From NCBI GenBank assembly GCA_025786725.1, contig JAHLTZ010000013.1:1-64000 (forward strand): a stretch of DNA of 64,000 nucleotides, read 5' to 3'. Every line of letters begins with the position of its first letter. The stretch's first letter is position 1. The notes under the pieces were generated by a model that saw only the letters and a list, made by a program, of their open reading frames with translations, ran no database searches and had not been told where the DNA came from. The stretch is from Syncephalis fuscata S228. Taxonomy: Eukaryota; Fungi; Zoopagomycota. Below are positions 26,376 through 39,243 of this stretch, in pieces. Made by a program: the position numbers and the translations under genes.

Positions 26376-28262
26376 ATGAACCAAGAAACCCCACCACCCC
26401 CATCATCAGTAGCAACAAAACCAGCAGCAATGTGCTGTCATGTAAAACCACCTATGGTTATTATTGATAACACTGATGATGTAATAAAATCTAACAATAA
26501 TGAGTTCACATCTCTTGATGCGCTGAACTCGGATGCTGCTACTTGTACACAATGCAACGGCCAGGTAGCAACTAAATCTACAAAACAAGCACCTTCAACA
26601 ACAGCGCTACTTGCGGAAGCACGTCGACGAAATAACAGCGGCCTTGGCTATCCCACCCTGGCATCGCCACGTTCACCTCATTCGCCACGTTCGCCGCGTT
26701 GCTCTGTCGCGGCTCGGAGATCACGCGCAGTAGTAGGCCGGTTCCAAATAGAGCGAACTCCAGTAGATGCGCTAACGCTTGCCGGTCTTATGACATGTCC
26801 ATATCCATGGAAGCTAGTGTCAATTAATAGTGCTCGGCCTGTATCTGTACATCTAGTTAGTCCACGCTATGCTAATGCATTTGGTAGTAGTGCACTTGTA
26901 ACAGAAGTCAATGAACACGCAAAGCCACTAACATGGCAATCTTCTACTACTTGCATTGAACAAGTAAATAGCTATGGTGGTCGGGGCGAGACAAACTCAA
27001 ATTCTATGTTAAAGCAACAGAATTCTTTAAATTTAAAGGCTAGCTCGCATTGTGACGTTCAAAATAGCTTGATAACATCAATTTGCAAAAATCCAATAAA
27101 TTCATTGAGGGAAGGTGTTGTGCAAAAAACATCTACTCGAGGACAACGCGATCAAAAGCTGAGTGAGTATGTATCAGCATGGCTGGCATCATGTGCCGAG
27201 AATTTCCCAATAAACTCGGAACATAATCGCCAGACAATATTCGAAGATTTGCAACGAGACAACAGTCTACCTACAATTGAGAATGCATCGGCAAGAGATA
27301 TTCGCCGAATTAGCCAGGTGATCGACGATTTTTTTGTTGAATCAAGAAAAACCAAAAGTGGCACATCTAAAGACGCCATGCAGTGTCGTCGCGAGCGAAC
27401 CGTTAGCTGCTCAATTCTACGTAACATCCAGCGTTCTATTAAACCACGCATTCCAATCGAAACCATAAAACAATCTAATGGTATTGCCGCTGATGAATTA
27501 TTATCTTATCCAACTTCTAGCACGCTGTTATTAGAAAAGGATAATCAAATTTGTGATTTACAAAGTACTACTTTATTTAGCGAAAACAGCGATGAAGTAA
27601 CGCTTCCATTGAAACATGACACTTCTCATCGGTTATCGCGCACTCTAAGCACACCTATTATTCCGATTAATAAAGCACGTACAGCTGCAAACAAGAGTGA
27701 AGCTAATTCCGAAGGATTTGAGGCAGAAGAGACAAATCGCCATCCGCCTAAACGAGCCATGTCCGCTGGCGCTCATCCTAATCAACGCTCTTTGCGCAAA
27801 CAGGCTTTAAACAACATACCACCGGTCCCTAGCTGTTATTTTAATCAACACCACAGCCCGTCATCCACGCCAAGCACTACTTTTAACACACCACTAGTCA
27901 CACCAGTTACATCAAACGGATTTTGTCAATCAGGAGCATCAACAATCAACAAGGATTCATTCTTGAACTACATTCCACCCGTGCCTCAAATACCTTTACA
28001 TTTGCCAGAAAAACCCATGCAAAAGACATCGCAGGCGTTGTCATTGATAGACCAAGAAAATACTTTGGTAACAGCACAATATCCAAAAAAGAAAATGACG
28101 ACATCCGTACTTACATCTACGAAAAACGCTGCGTCGTTTGGGCCTGGCCAACAGGCAAACGATGAAGCAGCATCAAATGCTAGTCGACTTATTCGTCGGC
28201 GTAGCATTCATCATCAGCGTCATTTTAACCGGCGCAACACAATGGGCGAGGCCTGTATCTAG
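26376..28262 (+). CDS. Hypothetical Ser/Thr/Pro-rich, probably disordered protein (628 aa)
   Basis: Long uninterrupted ORF with higher GC than its flanks; no domain recognised. Confidence 0.75.
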   Translation: MNQETPPPPSSVATKPAAMCCHVKPPMVIIDNTDDVIKSNNNEFTSLDALNSDAATCTQCNGQVATKSTKQAPSTTALLAEARRRNNSGLGYPTLASPRSPHSPRSPRCSVAARRSRAVVGRFQIERTPVDALTLAGLMTCPYPWKLVSINSARPVSVHLVSPRYANAFGSSALVTEVNEHAKPLTWQSSTTCIEQVNSYGGRGETNSNSMLKQQNSLNLKASSHCDVQNSLITSICKNPINSLREGVVQKTSTRGQRDQKLSEYVSAWLASCAENFPINSEHNRQTIFEDLQRDNSLPTIENASARDIRRISQVIDDFFVESRKTKSGTSKDAMQCRRERTVSCSILRNIQRSIKPRIPIETIKQSNGIAADELLSYPTSSTLLLEKDNQICDLQSTTLFSENSDEVTLPLKHDTSHRLSRTLSTPIIPINKARTAANKSEANSEGFEAEETNRHPPKRAMSAGAHPNQRSLRKQALNNIPPVPSCYFNQHHSPSSTPSTTFNTPLVTPVTSNGFCQSGASTINKDSFLNYIPPVPQIPLHLPEKPMQKTSQALSLIDQENTLVTAQYPKKKMTTSVLTSTKNAASFGPGQQANDEAASNASRLIRRRSIHHQRHFNRRNTMGEACI

Positions 28263-29577
28263 CTTTTCTTTTAGATTTCTTTTTTTAGTATATGAATTAC
28301 TTTGCGTCAAAAACCGACATTACTATTAGTAAATTTCGATAAATAATTAGGCATACTTAGCTATAAAAATTAGCTTGTGCGAACTACATAATATAAATGA
28401 ATGGTTTAAAAATAAATGTTGTAGCTATATACAATTGTAATTTAGTAAAATCTGTTAAAATATATCATTATTATTTTCATTATTATTATTGTTACTAGTA
28501 CATTCAATAGTTGAACACAAAAATGTCTACATAATTAAATTGTTACAAATAGCAAACAATTGAATCAACAATCGCATAAAACTAACAAGTAAAATATTTG
28601 TTGGCAAAGGTGCTAATTCATGGCATAAATATAACTGTTTGTAAACGTAGATCGAGAGATTTGCCAACCATGTTGTACGACTTGACCATCTCCGTAACTA
28701 TTGAATTTACATCATATAATAAGTGCCCAAAGGTTATAAATATCCTGTCAATCCGGTTGGTGTTTACGCTAGTTAGTATATAACAGTTTAAGAGTGCACC
28801 ATCATATGGTTTGATTATCTGCAATGTTTATTACGATGTGCCGAACACAAAACGCCTTACCATTTTTGGCCAATAATTATATATTATTATGAAACATCAA
28901 TTTTATACACACACAAATAATCTGCATGACTTTACCAAGGACTTGGAAATAATGGCGACGATCGTTTACTTGAGGATAAAAACTATTCATAGTCGTTGTG
29001 ATCGTCTAGCCTACATATTTTTATGCTTGTTAAAAAACACACAAAAAAATTGGCACCATTTACTGCTAGAACAAACGCGGACATCCTTTTTTGCCTGGCC
29101 TTGTCAATGTAACATTGTTTCTTGATCGGGGGACTTTTTGATACATTCTAAGAGTCATTAGTTGTTTATAAATACTATTTGGTATCCCATCCGCTTTTTC
29201 AATCCAAACAACACCATTCACTCATTCATTACTCATACAGAAGCCGTGATCACTATTAGTTCTTACATGCGTGTGTTTAAGAAAGAACATTTGTTCGTCG
29301 ATTAATTTCAGCGACAAGTTGTTCCAATTAAAACAATAATCATACACACAGCTTATACCACAGATACAATACACAACTCCACCTTATCACACCACAATTT
29401 TGGATATTGGAATGCTGGCAATCCATTTTATTACTATCATTTTGCATAAAATACATGCTTTATTGCTACTGGTTACTACTCAATTGCAACTTTAAGCGCA
29501 CTTGATTGTTGACAGTAAAATACTACACTATTACGACAATATCTATTTTACGTTTTTATTAAAACGCCAACTTTAAA

Positions 29578-30966
29578 ATGGCCTGTTTAAAAAAAGACTT
29601 AGCGAGCAGCTTTGACGAATATACATCAAAGAACTTTTCTAAAATGCATGGATCAAGCGGTGCTGTAAACCATACATTTGATTTGGTAAGTCACTTACTG
29701 GTAGTGATAAACACTACAAAATTAGCACCATGTTATTGATCCGACTTGTAAAAAGACATTTCAAAGTTTCATGAAACAGGCAGATTTACCAAGCAACAAC
29801 GATTTGCACGTGGAATTAAGCGTGCTATTAAATTTTCATGTACCCTGCCATTGAATATTTTTAAAACAAAAGGTGCACACTTAGCCAAGGACACCGCGTC
29901 CAAAATAGACGGTTCTGACGTTTCGTTTTACTTATCGAACCTGGGACAAAGAAGTGATTCTGCATTGTTGGCACAAAGTCGTCACTGGTTTACCCCAGTA
30001 AATACGAATGCGCCAGCTTTTTGCCTCCGTACACGACGACAGAGAAGCCTGGAACACTGTTTTACTCCGTCGTCTGTAGAACAGGTTGAACAAACTTTAC
30101 ACTATAGTCATGACTATTCGTCATATACAAACAAACCTATTCGGCGTTCATTATCGATGGATGCCGATAGCCTTAAAGATAGTCACAGCATTAGAAACGT
30201 CTATCAAAACACCGCTGATTTAGATGATTTAGTTCTCCAGAGTACAACTAGAACTGCTCCGCATCTACGCAACATAAGATCATATGATACATTACAGCTA
30301 AAAGGAAATCGAAGGCCCGCACTGACTTATGAACAGATTTGCAAAATCAACTCTATTAAAACGCAAAATAACGTTACGGATCAAAAAGATGCAACTACAC
30401 CACATAATTGCAGTGCTGTTGATTTGGTTGGCATCGAAACAGATACTCGTTCAAACACTTCTTTGAAAAGCCTTCCGCTTCCGGTGATCATTATATCTCC
30501 TGTACCTCAAACACCTGGCGATATTGCACGCCCATTTGTTTGGACTCATCACTCAGGGCTGCCGGAGAACTCAAACATTCGAACAACACTTCATCTGTCC
30601 AAAACATCCCTGCCTATGGCTGGGGAAATGCAAAAGTCTAGCACGCTCTCGGCCCCGACATGGGCACGCTACAACACATTGGTCGTTCCAAGAAAGTCTG
30701 GGCTACGCCGCCGCTTTCAAAGTGCGCCATCTGATATTTGCCAGCCATTCTCTGTCCAACCAGTCACAGAAAGTAGCGACTTTGTGTTCCCCGGTCCCGT
30801 GCCACGTCCATCACACAAAGCTAACAAACGAGCATGTGGTCCAGCAAAGACCATCATAACCAAGTGCAGCTTGTCTTTTTCGAATAATTACGCATCGCAT
30901 ACGACAACGCCTTCGCCAACGCCAGCAAAGCAGCGTAACATTTCAATCGTCGTTCACGCTCATTGA
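29578..30966 (+). CDS. Hypothetical Ser/Thr-rich protein
   Basis: Probable first exon MACLKKDL...TFDL ending at GTAAGT (~29686), then the 371-aa ORF; may continue to 31157 through a frameshift. Confidence 0.6.
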
Positions 30967-31553
30967 CTACTCTTCAATTAAATCATTTTTCTCATTTTCG
31001 TAATTTTTCCAGCACTGACAATCTTAAGGCCGGTCAGAAAACACGCGAATTGACGGCACCTTGTGGCGTTATTATGCAGGGTGCCCTTCCATCGCCACCA
31101 ATTGGACACACTCCAGCAGCTATACCATCAATAGCGGATCAATTATCACTAGAATAGGCGACTACACTGTCGCTATATATTCTGTGTAGGATTAATCAGC
31201 ATCATTAACTTTTTTGCCATTGTTATTAATAAAGTACTATTATGATTTTACAATTATTGATTCCAACACCATGTGTTGCTATAATTTTATGTAACATTGT
31301 TATTATTATATAAAATTGTAAGCATGTCTACAGTGGATATATTGATATTAGACGTAATACTAATTGTTTTTTAGTAAATTATTTAATAATTAAAAGCATT
31401 ATTACTTTTGCTGTTCAACTAGATACAAGTACAAATGCACAGAAAATAATTGTATTATATTATTTAAATTTGAGCACATTAAGCAAGGCGTCTATTTAAA
31501 CTAAAGCCGTCAAATAAGCAACAGTATTTATTAATAGCACTATTGGCGCTTAT

Positions 31554-33968
31554 CTACAATAATTGTATACTGGTGTTTTCCGGCTCTTTGTTAATTAGTT
31601 TTGGTGGTAGAAACTTGCGATTAAACGCCATACGTTCCTTACGAATAGTTATAAAGTATCCAATATAAGATACTACCATTGCGACAAACAGAATTACAAA
31701 AATCATGGAAATATTAAACGCAGTGGAGCCGTCGCTAGAATCAAGCTTGTAGTGCTTTAAAATACTTTCTCCTGGAATGGGAACACATCCAGGTTTTGGA
31801 TTATCGCCACAGGATAGCTCAGTGTTTTCAGCTTGAAGTCTCAACATAGCAACAAATCCGTATTTGATTGGACTAAGCCACGATAGCCAGCGGAGCCATG
31901 GCGCCATAGCCTTTAAATTGGCAAATAGTCCGCCATAGACCATCATAGGTACTATGAATAGCACCACAAACCCAGGTATATGGTCATAGCGTCTGGTCAC
32001 ACATGATACTCCCAATCCAATAACAAAACCACATAATGCCTGCAGTATTGCAATCAATGCCGACAATCCGGCACGATATGGTTCAGGATTTAAACCAATA
32101 CCATAGTAAGTTATAAAATAAAATATCAGTGTGATGGCAGCATGGAGTGGCAAGTCTATTATTAGGACCGAGAAAAAATATGCTGACAGGTTGTAATATT
32201 TGCATCGATATTCACGAGTAAAAACCTCACGATTAACGCAAAAAGCTGATGCAGCCGCTGATGTAATTGTGTAAATAATAACAACAACAATATACAAGTT
32301 AAACTTACTAAATGAAAATTGCCAAATAGCAACAGAGCACATAAAAAACGCCATACCTCCTAAATCCTGATGAATTAATTAGTAGTTGTAACAATATAAA
32401 CAAAACTAATACTTACTTCTATTTGATTTTGCTGATGTCTTGCGTACAATCTCCAGTAAACAACAAGAAAAACAAAAGCACCCACCACCATTTGCATTGC
32501 CTTCATAGCAGTAGTGCTAGGATTGCGAATTAAATTTTTAACACTGCGCTTTAATAGGTAGCACCATTGAACGCGAAAGCTGCATGTTTTACGTCCGGCA
32601 TATCTTATTAAATCTGCATTTTGATTGGTGTTTTCATCTCTATGGTTGTCGCTCTTCTCATTGCTTTTATTGAATGGCATCAATGAACTTTTTAGTTTAA
32701 AGTCATTGCCATTATTCTCCCAAGCTTGCCAAAGAATTTCAAGCCGTTTGTTGACGGGTACGCCTAGAAAAATGCCTACTTTATCTTCGAATAAACATGC
32801 AGTCTGATTAGCTGATCCTGCTATAAAATTGTCTTTTTGCTTAGTCTCTACAGTAGTAGTACTTGATTGCAAGCTGTGTCTACTACTAAATATATCCTTA
32901 TCGGAGCTTTCAAAATAGCCACTGTTATTATCGTTGTCCTGATGAAAAATTTCTAGAAAAAAGAAATCCATTGGGTTATTATGTACTGGGCAATGCAAGC
33001 CGAGCTGCGAGAAATACTTGATAATACGGTTTGTTGGGCCAGCATAAATAATCCGACCTTCTGCTATAAAAATGATGTTGTCAACCATATTAAAAATGTC
33101 GTAGGTGGGCTGATGTAGCGTAGTCACAATAGTTCGGCCATCGCGAGCCAATCTATTCAGCGCTGCTATTGTTTGGTAAGCAACCAGGCTGTCTAGACCA
33201 GTGGTAGGCTCATCTAAAAATATCACAGATGGATTTGTAACTAATTCGGCTGCTATGCTGGTGCGTTTCTTTTCACCGCCACTAATTCCGCGATTATGCC
33301 AGTTGCCAATCAGTGTATCTGCAGCATCATCTAGTCCAAATACTTCTAATACGCTCTGTACTCGATCTAACCGCTCCTCTTTTGTTTTTAAATCGGAACA
33401 TCGAAGTATGGCCGACATCATCAGTGCCTTGAATAACATAGTTAAACTATGTTCATATAGTGTACCATTTTTACACTTACATCGCGGATAGTCATTGTAC
33501 TATAAAAAATGTCTTTCTGGTAGACAAACCCAGAGACGGCGTGTATATCACTACTTTGTACATGTTGTCCATTCAAATAGACATTGCCGCAAATCTCGCC
33601 ATTATTTGTCTGAGCAGCTATTACGTTAAGTAACGACGTTTTTCCTGCTCCAGTTGGACCCACAATGGCCTTTTACAAATATTAGCACTAGAATAACATT
33701 GAATAGAATTTACAAATGCAATGTGACTTACCGTAATTTTGCCAGCCTCAAATACTCCGCTTACAGCATTGAGTATAGTTTTTACAGTCGCTTTCCCTTT
33801 AAGCTTAGGCGCAGATATTGTATAGGTAATATCACGAAATTCAATCTAATACACTAAATAAGATCTACGGCTTTGATGCGAATCGGATAAGCTTACATTA
33901 AATTGCTGCTTTACTAAGTCGGTATCATTTTTACGGTGAGAATTAGTATAAGAATTATTAGAAACCAT
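31554..33968 (-). CDS. ABCG (White-family) half-size ABC transporter
   Basis: Walker A GPTGAGKTS, signature ISGGEKKRTSIA, Walker B IFLDEPTTGLD, H-loop TTLHQP, then a C-terminal multi-TM domain; NBD-TMD order; short introns. Confidence 0.95.
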
Positions 33969-34735
33969 GATAAAAAATAGAGATATTAGTATATTGACAA
34001 CAGATAGACAAAAAGAAGGTGGATACATTGATGAGAACAATAATCGACCATACTTTATGTAGATCCTGACTTATTAGAAGTTGTAATTCAATTGGAACAT
34101 ATGCATGATGCACCATGCGCAAATTATATGTTCCACTGTAGATGTAAAGCCTACGTAATTTTTCAATCTAGTACATGTATAATAGATGGCTGCCTCGTAA
34201 TCACTGTTAATATCACAGTCTATTCATTTCAACAATTTATTTTATTTAATTGTAAGATGGCTGTTGTTAAATGTATATAAACGTGATTATAATAATGTAT
34301 GGAATGCACCAAAAAATGGCAATGTTATTTAATTTACAATTGATGGACATGTGGTGGGCCGAATAGAGTAGCATCTACATGTCACCAATCAACGATGAAC
34401 TAGGAAAACCAATAATGTACCGAAGTCGCCTCGTTAACTTGAACTTGATTGGTACTTAAGTGTACATACATACAGCAATTCATGAATGGATTAGTCTGTT
34501 ATCAATAAGCAATGCCATAGTATTCAAACTATTTATACTAATAAAACCATTACATTTATTACTACCTACTCAAAACAATTACTCGTCGTATAATATGCAC
34601 TTGTGGCTAAAATAACATTCGAAACAAGTTTATTAACAGTAATGCCAGATTCCTGTTTATAGACTTAATTGAATAACCAATCAATCCATTGTATATCCGA
34701 CAATCAAGTGCCATTTACGTAATAAAAACTACCGA

Positions 34736-35356
34736 TTAAACTACACGCTTTTTCTTGCATCTTTTTCTAGGCTTAGAGGGTGCAGCGGTAGTTGCAAATG
34801 GAGCTGTGCCCGATGGTGTAGAGGACGAATTGACTGGCAATAGTGCAGTAGCAAATCCTCCTTTGGTTGCAGCGATTTTATTGCCATCTGTATTTCCAAG
34901 CGTGACATCGGCACACTGCTCATATTGCTCTGGCTTGTCTTGATTTGTGGCATTCCACGACCAGCGTAATACCTTGTGTCCATTAATACCGCTGGGTAAT
35001 GGCACTGTCCAAGTTGTTTCACCACTAGTCGTCACACATTGATCACGTCGGCCAATGACCATAGGATTACTTAGATTCTCGTCCAGCAGTTCAACTGCAC
35101 AGGAACCAGGTAAACTATTCGATACCTCAAGCGTAACATTAACGCTATTACCCGTAATAATACTGATTTGTCCTTGGGGTGCTCCACGACAAAGCTGTCC
35201 CGATGTATTGGGCGATTGAATGGCTAATAATTGTGAGCCATAGGCATTGCAGCCGCGACAGGTCGGTTCTTTCATGTAAGCCTGTCCATTGGCCGATGTA
35301 GTAAGTGTTGCAATAATGGCTGCTGCAGCAGCTAGCAAAAGTTGATTCGCAAGCAT
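34736..35356 (-). CDS. Secreted LPMO-like (chitin-binding type) protein lacking the histidine brace
   Basis: Signal peptide ..ANG|QAYMKEPTCRG; VLRWSW...EQYEQCADV resembles LPMO C-terminal motifs; S/T/P linker and basic tail. Confidence 0.65.
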   Translation of the reverse strand: MLANQLLLAAAAAIIATLTTSANGQAYMKEPTCRGCNAYGSQLLAIQSPNTSGQLCRGAPQGQISIITGNSVNVTLEVSNSLPGSCAVELLDENLSNPMVIGRRDQCVTTSGETTWTVPLPSGINGHKVLRWSWNATNQDKPEQYEQCADVTLGNTDGNKIAATKGGFATALLPVNSSSTPSGTAPFATTAAPSKPRKRCKKKRVV

Positions 35357-35720
35357 TATATTGGATAGGAAAAGTGGTTAAAATGAGGCCAGCCTCTAAA
35401 AACAAGTAGTGACTATAAAAAGGTAAATAGAAATGAGACAATAATTACCGCATGGCAGCATGTCGTTGCCGTGCGGCTTTTATTCTATTAGAAATGCTAA
35501 CACGCTCCGTGTTTCGCGGGAGTTTTACCTCTAGCTCGTGTAACTTGGTGCCTGCGAGAAAATGGCACTGAAATAGACATTGGATTGTAGCGCGGGGACA
35601 CGTATTAGACAAATACAGGCAATGATTTTCATGAGAAACAGCAGGCAAATCAATAGTTAAAAAGACAATTTACTCTTGCAATAAACATCAATAGATTAGA
35701 AATACAATGAACTTGATAAG

Positions 35721-36582
35721 CTATATAGGTGGACGACGTGCCATACTATCCAAATCAAGCTCATCTGATATCCATGAAAGTCGTTTCAAGCTAAAAGGAA
35801 CCGGCAGTCAGGGTGTTGGTGCCAGAAAACTGTAACAGATACTCACCGGTTCAATATTTCGTTATTTCTAGTGATAGTGCTGCAGTAAGTAATGGATATA
35901 AACGATATCTATGTGCTAACTTACAGTTCTTGACAATCTTCAGCAGAATTGGATAGCCGGCTAAGTGCCTAAAAGTCGAATAGTTATCAATTAATCCAAC
36001 ATACTGCCAAGCTGTTGGTCATACTTCGCGTGTAGTGCGCACCGACGATTCAGTATTGGCCATTGACCTTGCTTGGCGTAGTAAATCCTAACAGTTAATG
36101 TAAATTGATTTGTTCACACTGCTTAAAAGCTATCTACCTCAGAGATATCAGAGGCCCGCGCTACCTCCTACATATAGAAATGGCGATGGCTTAGTATGTG
36201 CACTTGAAACTATCTGCATACTACTTACTCGAAACAGATTTGAGAACTCGTTAAAGGCTACAGTACTTCGTTCACGTAGTTCTTGTTTCGTCGATTGAAG
36301 AGGTACATCGCCACCATAGGCACTGCCGTTAACCCGTGCGGAGATTGTAGGCGACAGCGGTATAGGCAATACTGTAGCCGCCGAGGCTAGGCTAAACGAC
36401 TGAGTTGGTGCGCTGCCTTGTGCACTTGAACGAGTAGTTTGTAGATGAGTTTGAGAACGAGCATTCATTTGAACTGTAGACTTAAACAAGCGGTAACTAA
36501 TAGCTGTATCAGCTATACAGGTACAAGCCGGTGTTAGTATTGATAGAACACTTGTATTGTTATTTGGAACTAACAATGACAC
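35721..36582 (-). CDS. Possible multi-exon hypothetical gene
   Basis: ORF 36148-36582 plus downstream segments bounded by AG/GTAAGT and GTGAGT; reading frame not fully resolved. Confidence 0.3.
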
Positions 36583-36915
36583 TATCTATACACAGATAGT
36601 TGGTAAGCAATAATGATAAAAGGCTATTGATTTGATCAAGGAAAAAGTACAACTATTTAGTTAATTTGAAATAAGATCTATTATCACACTGATAATCATT
36701 AATCAAAGCCAAGTAATATTGTTATTGTATTGCTACTATTAAAGTTTAATTTAAATAAATGCCATGTAATTTATTATATAAAAAGATTTAAAAAGCTAAG
36801 AAAATTAAAAGTAAAAAATTGATAAAACTAAAAACTATACAAAAGTCACAGAATGTCTTAATAAAAATAATTAATAATAATAAAAAACAATAGACTATTC
36901 CATAACAGTCCTATT

Positions 36916-39243
36916 TCATAGTGTTGGTAGTGCTGTGTTGGCTTCTTCGTTACTATCCATGTCAGCGGTGACTACTGCTTTGGCCAAAGCAATTCGATTG
37001 CTTAGCGGATCAACTGCTTGTTTTAGCAGCGCTTTGGCTTTCATCGTATGGGCTCGTAGCAGTGCTTGATCCGCTTGTATCACCAGCTGACGTACAATAC
37101 TGGGCAAAAGTAGCCCGTATTCTTTAGCACGAAGACCACTGTCATCACTGTTCGTCGATCCGTGGAAAGAGACGGGCCGATGAGAAGACGATTGGTTAGC
37201 GATTAGTGCACCAGGAGCAAAATCACCGCCTGCACCACCTATATTACCATTGCTAAACGTTGATGATGAACTGTCGGTCCTTGCCTCTTCGCTTGACAAT
37301 AATTGGCTGTGAACTGATTCCGGCCAGCGTGTATGAGCGTACATTTCGGGCCGACGAGCCAGCGTTCGAATGACGGTAGGCTGCTCCCACAATACAGCCG
37401 AGTCTTGTAATTCAAGAATGGCATGTCCCAATGCTTGTCCAAAGCAGAGTAATGCCTCGATCCGTTCGTGTGCATCCAGCATTAAACCGGATTGGTTCTT
37501 ATTCGTGCCGCAGATTGTTGGTGAAGAAGGAGCAGTAGTATTAGCTGTATTGCCAATAAGAGCTCGTTCATTACCGCTAGAGTTGCGATGGTAATTGGCA
37601 CGAATAGTCGTTGCGATAGGAATAGGCATAGATGATGGTGTAGAAGCCGATGCCGAACGTGCTCTATTTCTCTGGCGCTGTCCGGTTAATACAACAGAAC
37701 CAATGAGTGAAGCAGCCGAAGTGGCAGCTGCTGTAGCTGTAGCTGTAGTCATGGTAATGACCGGTGGACGACGAGCAGGCGCGGCCACAGGTGGATGACG
37801 GAAAGGCATACGTGGCTGCAATGAAGCTGGTGGCAATGGAAAAGTACGGCCATCAACAGCCATTACTCCTGGTGTCATCTCGACCACGGCTATATCCGAT
37901 AGAGCCAAACTATTGCGTGGCATTGAGTGTTGCATAGATTGGTCAAGACTTGTGTGTAGATTCGATGTTGATCCGCATGGTGTAGCGGCGGCCGGTGAGC
38001 TGGCTATCGCAGCAGCAGCAGCCGTAGCCTGATGTGTAGGATTAGGTGTGGCATAGCCGGATCCACAGGGTGTTGCATGTGTTGATACTGTCACTGATAC
38101 CGTAACCGATGCTCGATTAGGTGCCCAAGCAAATGAATAGAGTGCACCTTGCATATATGGCGGTGGCTGAAGTAAAGCCGATGACATGGCTGGATCTACC
38201 AAGTCAGATATATGTCGTCTACGTCGCACAACGACATCAGTATCGGGCATTGTCGCCACTGGAGGCATTGTACGCGATCTGCCACGAGTTAAACGGAATT
38301 CGGCCGATTCATGTTCGTCGAAATGGCCAGTACCAAATCGTGGTCGGCTCAAATGAGGTAAGGCACGAGCAATTTGCTGACGTAGACCATGCCAGGCCCG
38401 TCGACCCAGCGAACGGTGTCCACGTCTATCACATTCGGCATTTGAAACGGGTTCACCATCGGCTAATAAGTCGTTGGACGCGCTTAGTGGCAATTGTTGT
38501 TCGCTTTGTTGCCATGTTGGCATAACGCGTCTACCCTCCGCGTAAGGATAATGAGTACATACGGCAACGGTATGAGCTGAATGGACACTACAACGATCAG
38601 CTTCAGGCGCAATAGCATCATTCAAAACCGGTTCAATAGCGTCAATTTGATCAATATCGATAATGGCACTATCCGGTAATTCAAATGTCGGTCCTCGTGG
38701 TGAAACAGTATCATTTGGACTTGGAATAGCCGATAATGAAGTGGGAGATGATAGAATATCCAATGAGTGGATGGACGATGCAGATGAGTCGGATTCTATA
38801 GGTATTGGATTCACGACTACTTGTTCAGTACAACAACGTAAATCGGCAGTAACATTGGCAGCAGTATCATTACAGATAGATGACGTCGAGGTATCTAGAA
38901 TAGGAGAGACTACGACATTATCTCTGTCTTCAGGACTGCGGGCCAATTCGGATGTACACGAAAGAATAGGCGGTGTTGTATCAAACAATGTGGTAACACT
39001 TGGCCGATTATCGCCAGTATGATTGGCGTAAGCTGACGACTTTTTACCAATTGTGGCAGCACGCGCTTTGTGCAATAAACGTGCCATTGGTTTTAGTAAA
39101 CCTTTCCGGCTAGTAGATGATTTTGTTGGATGTGCAGTTTCCACATTATCAAATAATTGAGGACTCTGATAGAGTTGATTATCGCCACTGTCATGTGCAG
39201 CAATGACAACACGTCGGATGGTCGGATAATTAGAAGCGGCCAT
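36916..39243 (-). CDS. Hypothetical low-complexity Ser/Ala/Pro/Thr-rich protein (775 aa)
   Basis: Long uninterrupted ORF with raised GC; no domain recognised. Confidence 0.8.
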   Translation of the reverse strand: MAASNYPTIRRVVIAAHDSGDNQLYQSPQLFDNVETAHPTKSSTSRKGLLKPMARLLHKARAATIGKKSSAYANHTGDNRPSVTTLFDTTPPILSCTSELARSPEDRDNVVVSPILDTSTSSICNDTAANVTADLRCCTEQVVVNPIPIESDSSASSIHSLDILSSPTSLSAIPSPNDTVSPRGPTFELPDSAIIDIDQIDAIEPVLNDAIAPEADRCSVHSAHTVAVCTHYPYAEGRRVMPTWQQSEQQLPLSASNDLLADGEPVSNAECDRRGHRSLGRRAWHGLRQQIARALPHLSRPRFGTGHFDEHESAEFRLTRGRSRTMPPVATMPDTDVVVRRRRHISDLVDPAMSSALLQPPPYMQGALYSFAWAPNRASVTVSVTVSTHATPCGSGYATPNPTHQATAAAAAIASSPAAATPCGSTSNLHTSLDQSMQHSMPRNSLALSDIAVVEMTPGVMAVDGRTFPLPPASLQPRMPFRHPPVAAPARRPPVITMTTATATAAATSAASLIGSVVLTGQRQRNRARSASASTPSSMPIPIATTIRANYHRNSSGNERALIGNTANTTAPSSPTICGTNKNQSGLMLDAHERIEALLCFGQALGHAILELQDSAVLWEQPTVIRTLARRPEMYAHTRWPESVHSQLLSSEEARTDSSSSTFSNGNIGGAGGDFAPGALIANQSSSHRPVSFHGSTNSDDSGLRAKEYGLLLPSIVRQLVIQADQALLRAHTMKAKALLKQAVDPLSNRIALAKAVVTADMDSNEEANTALPTL

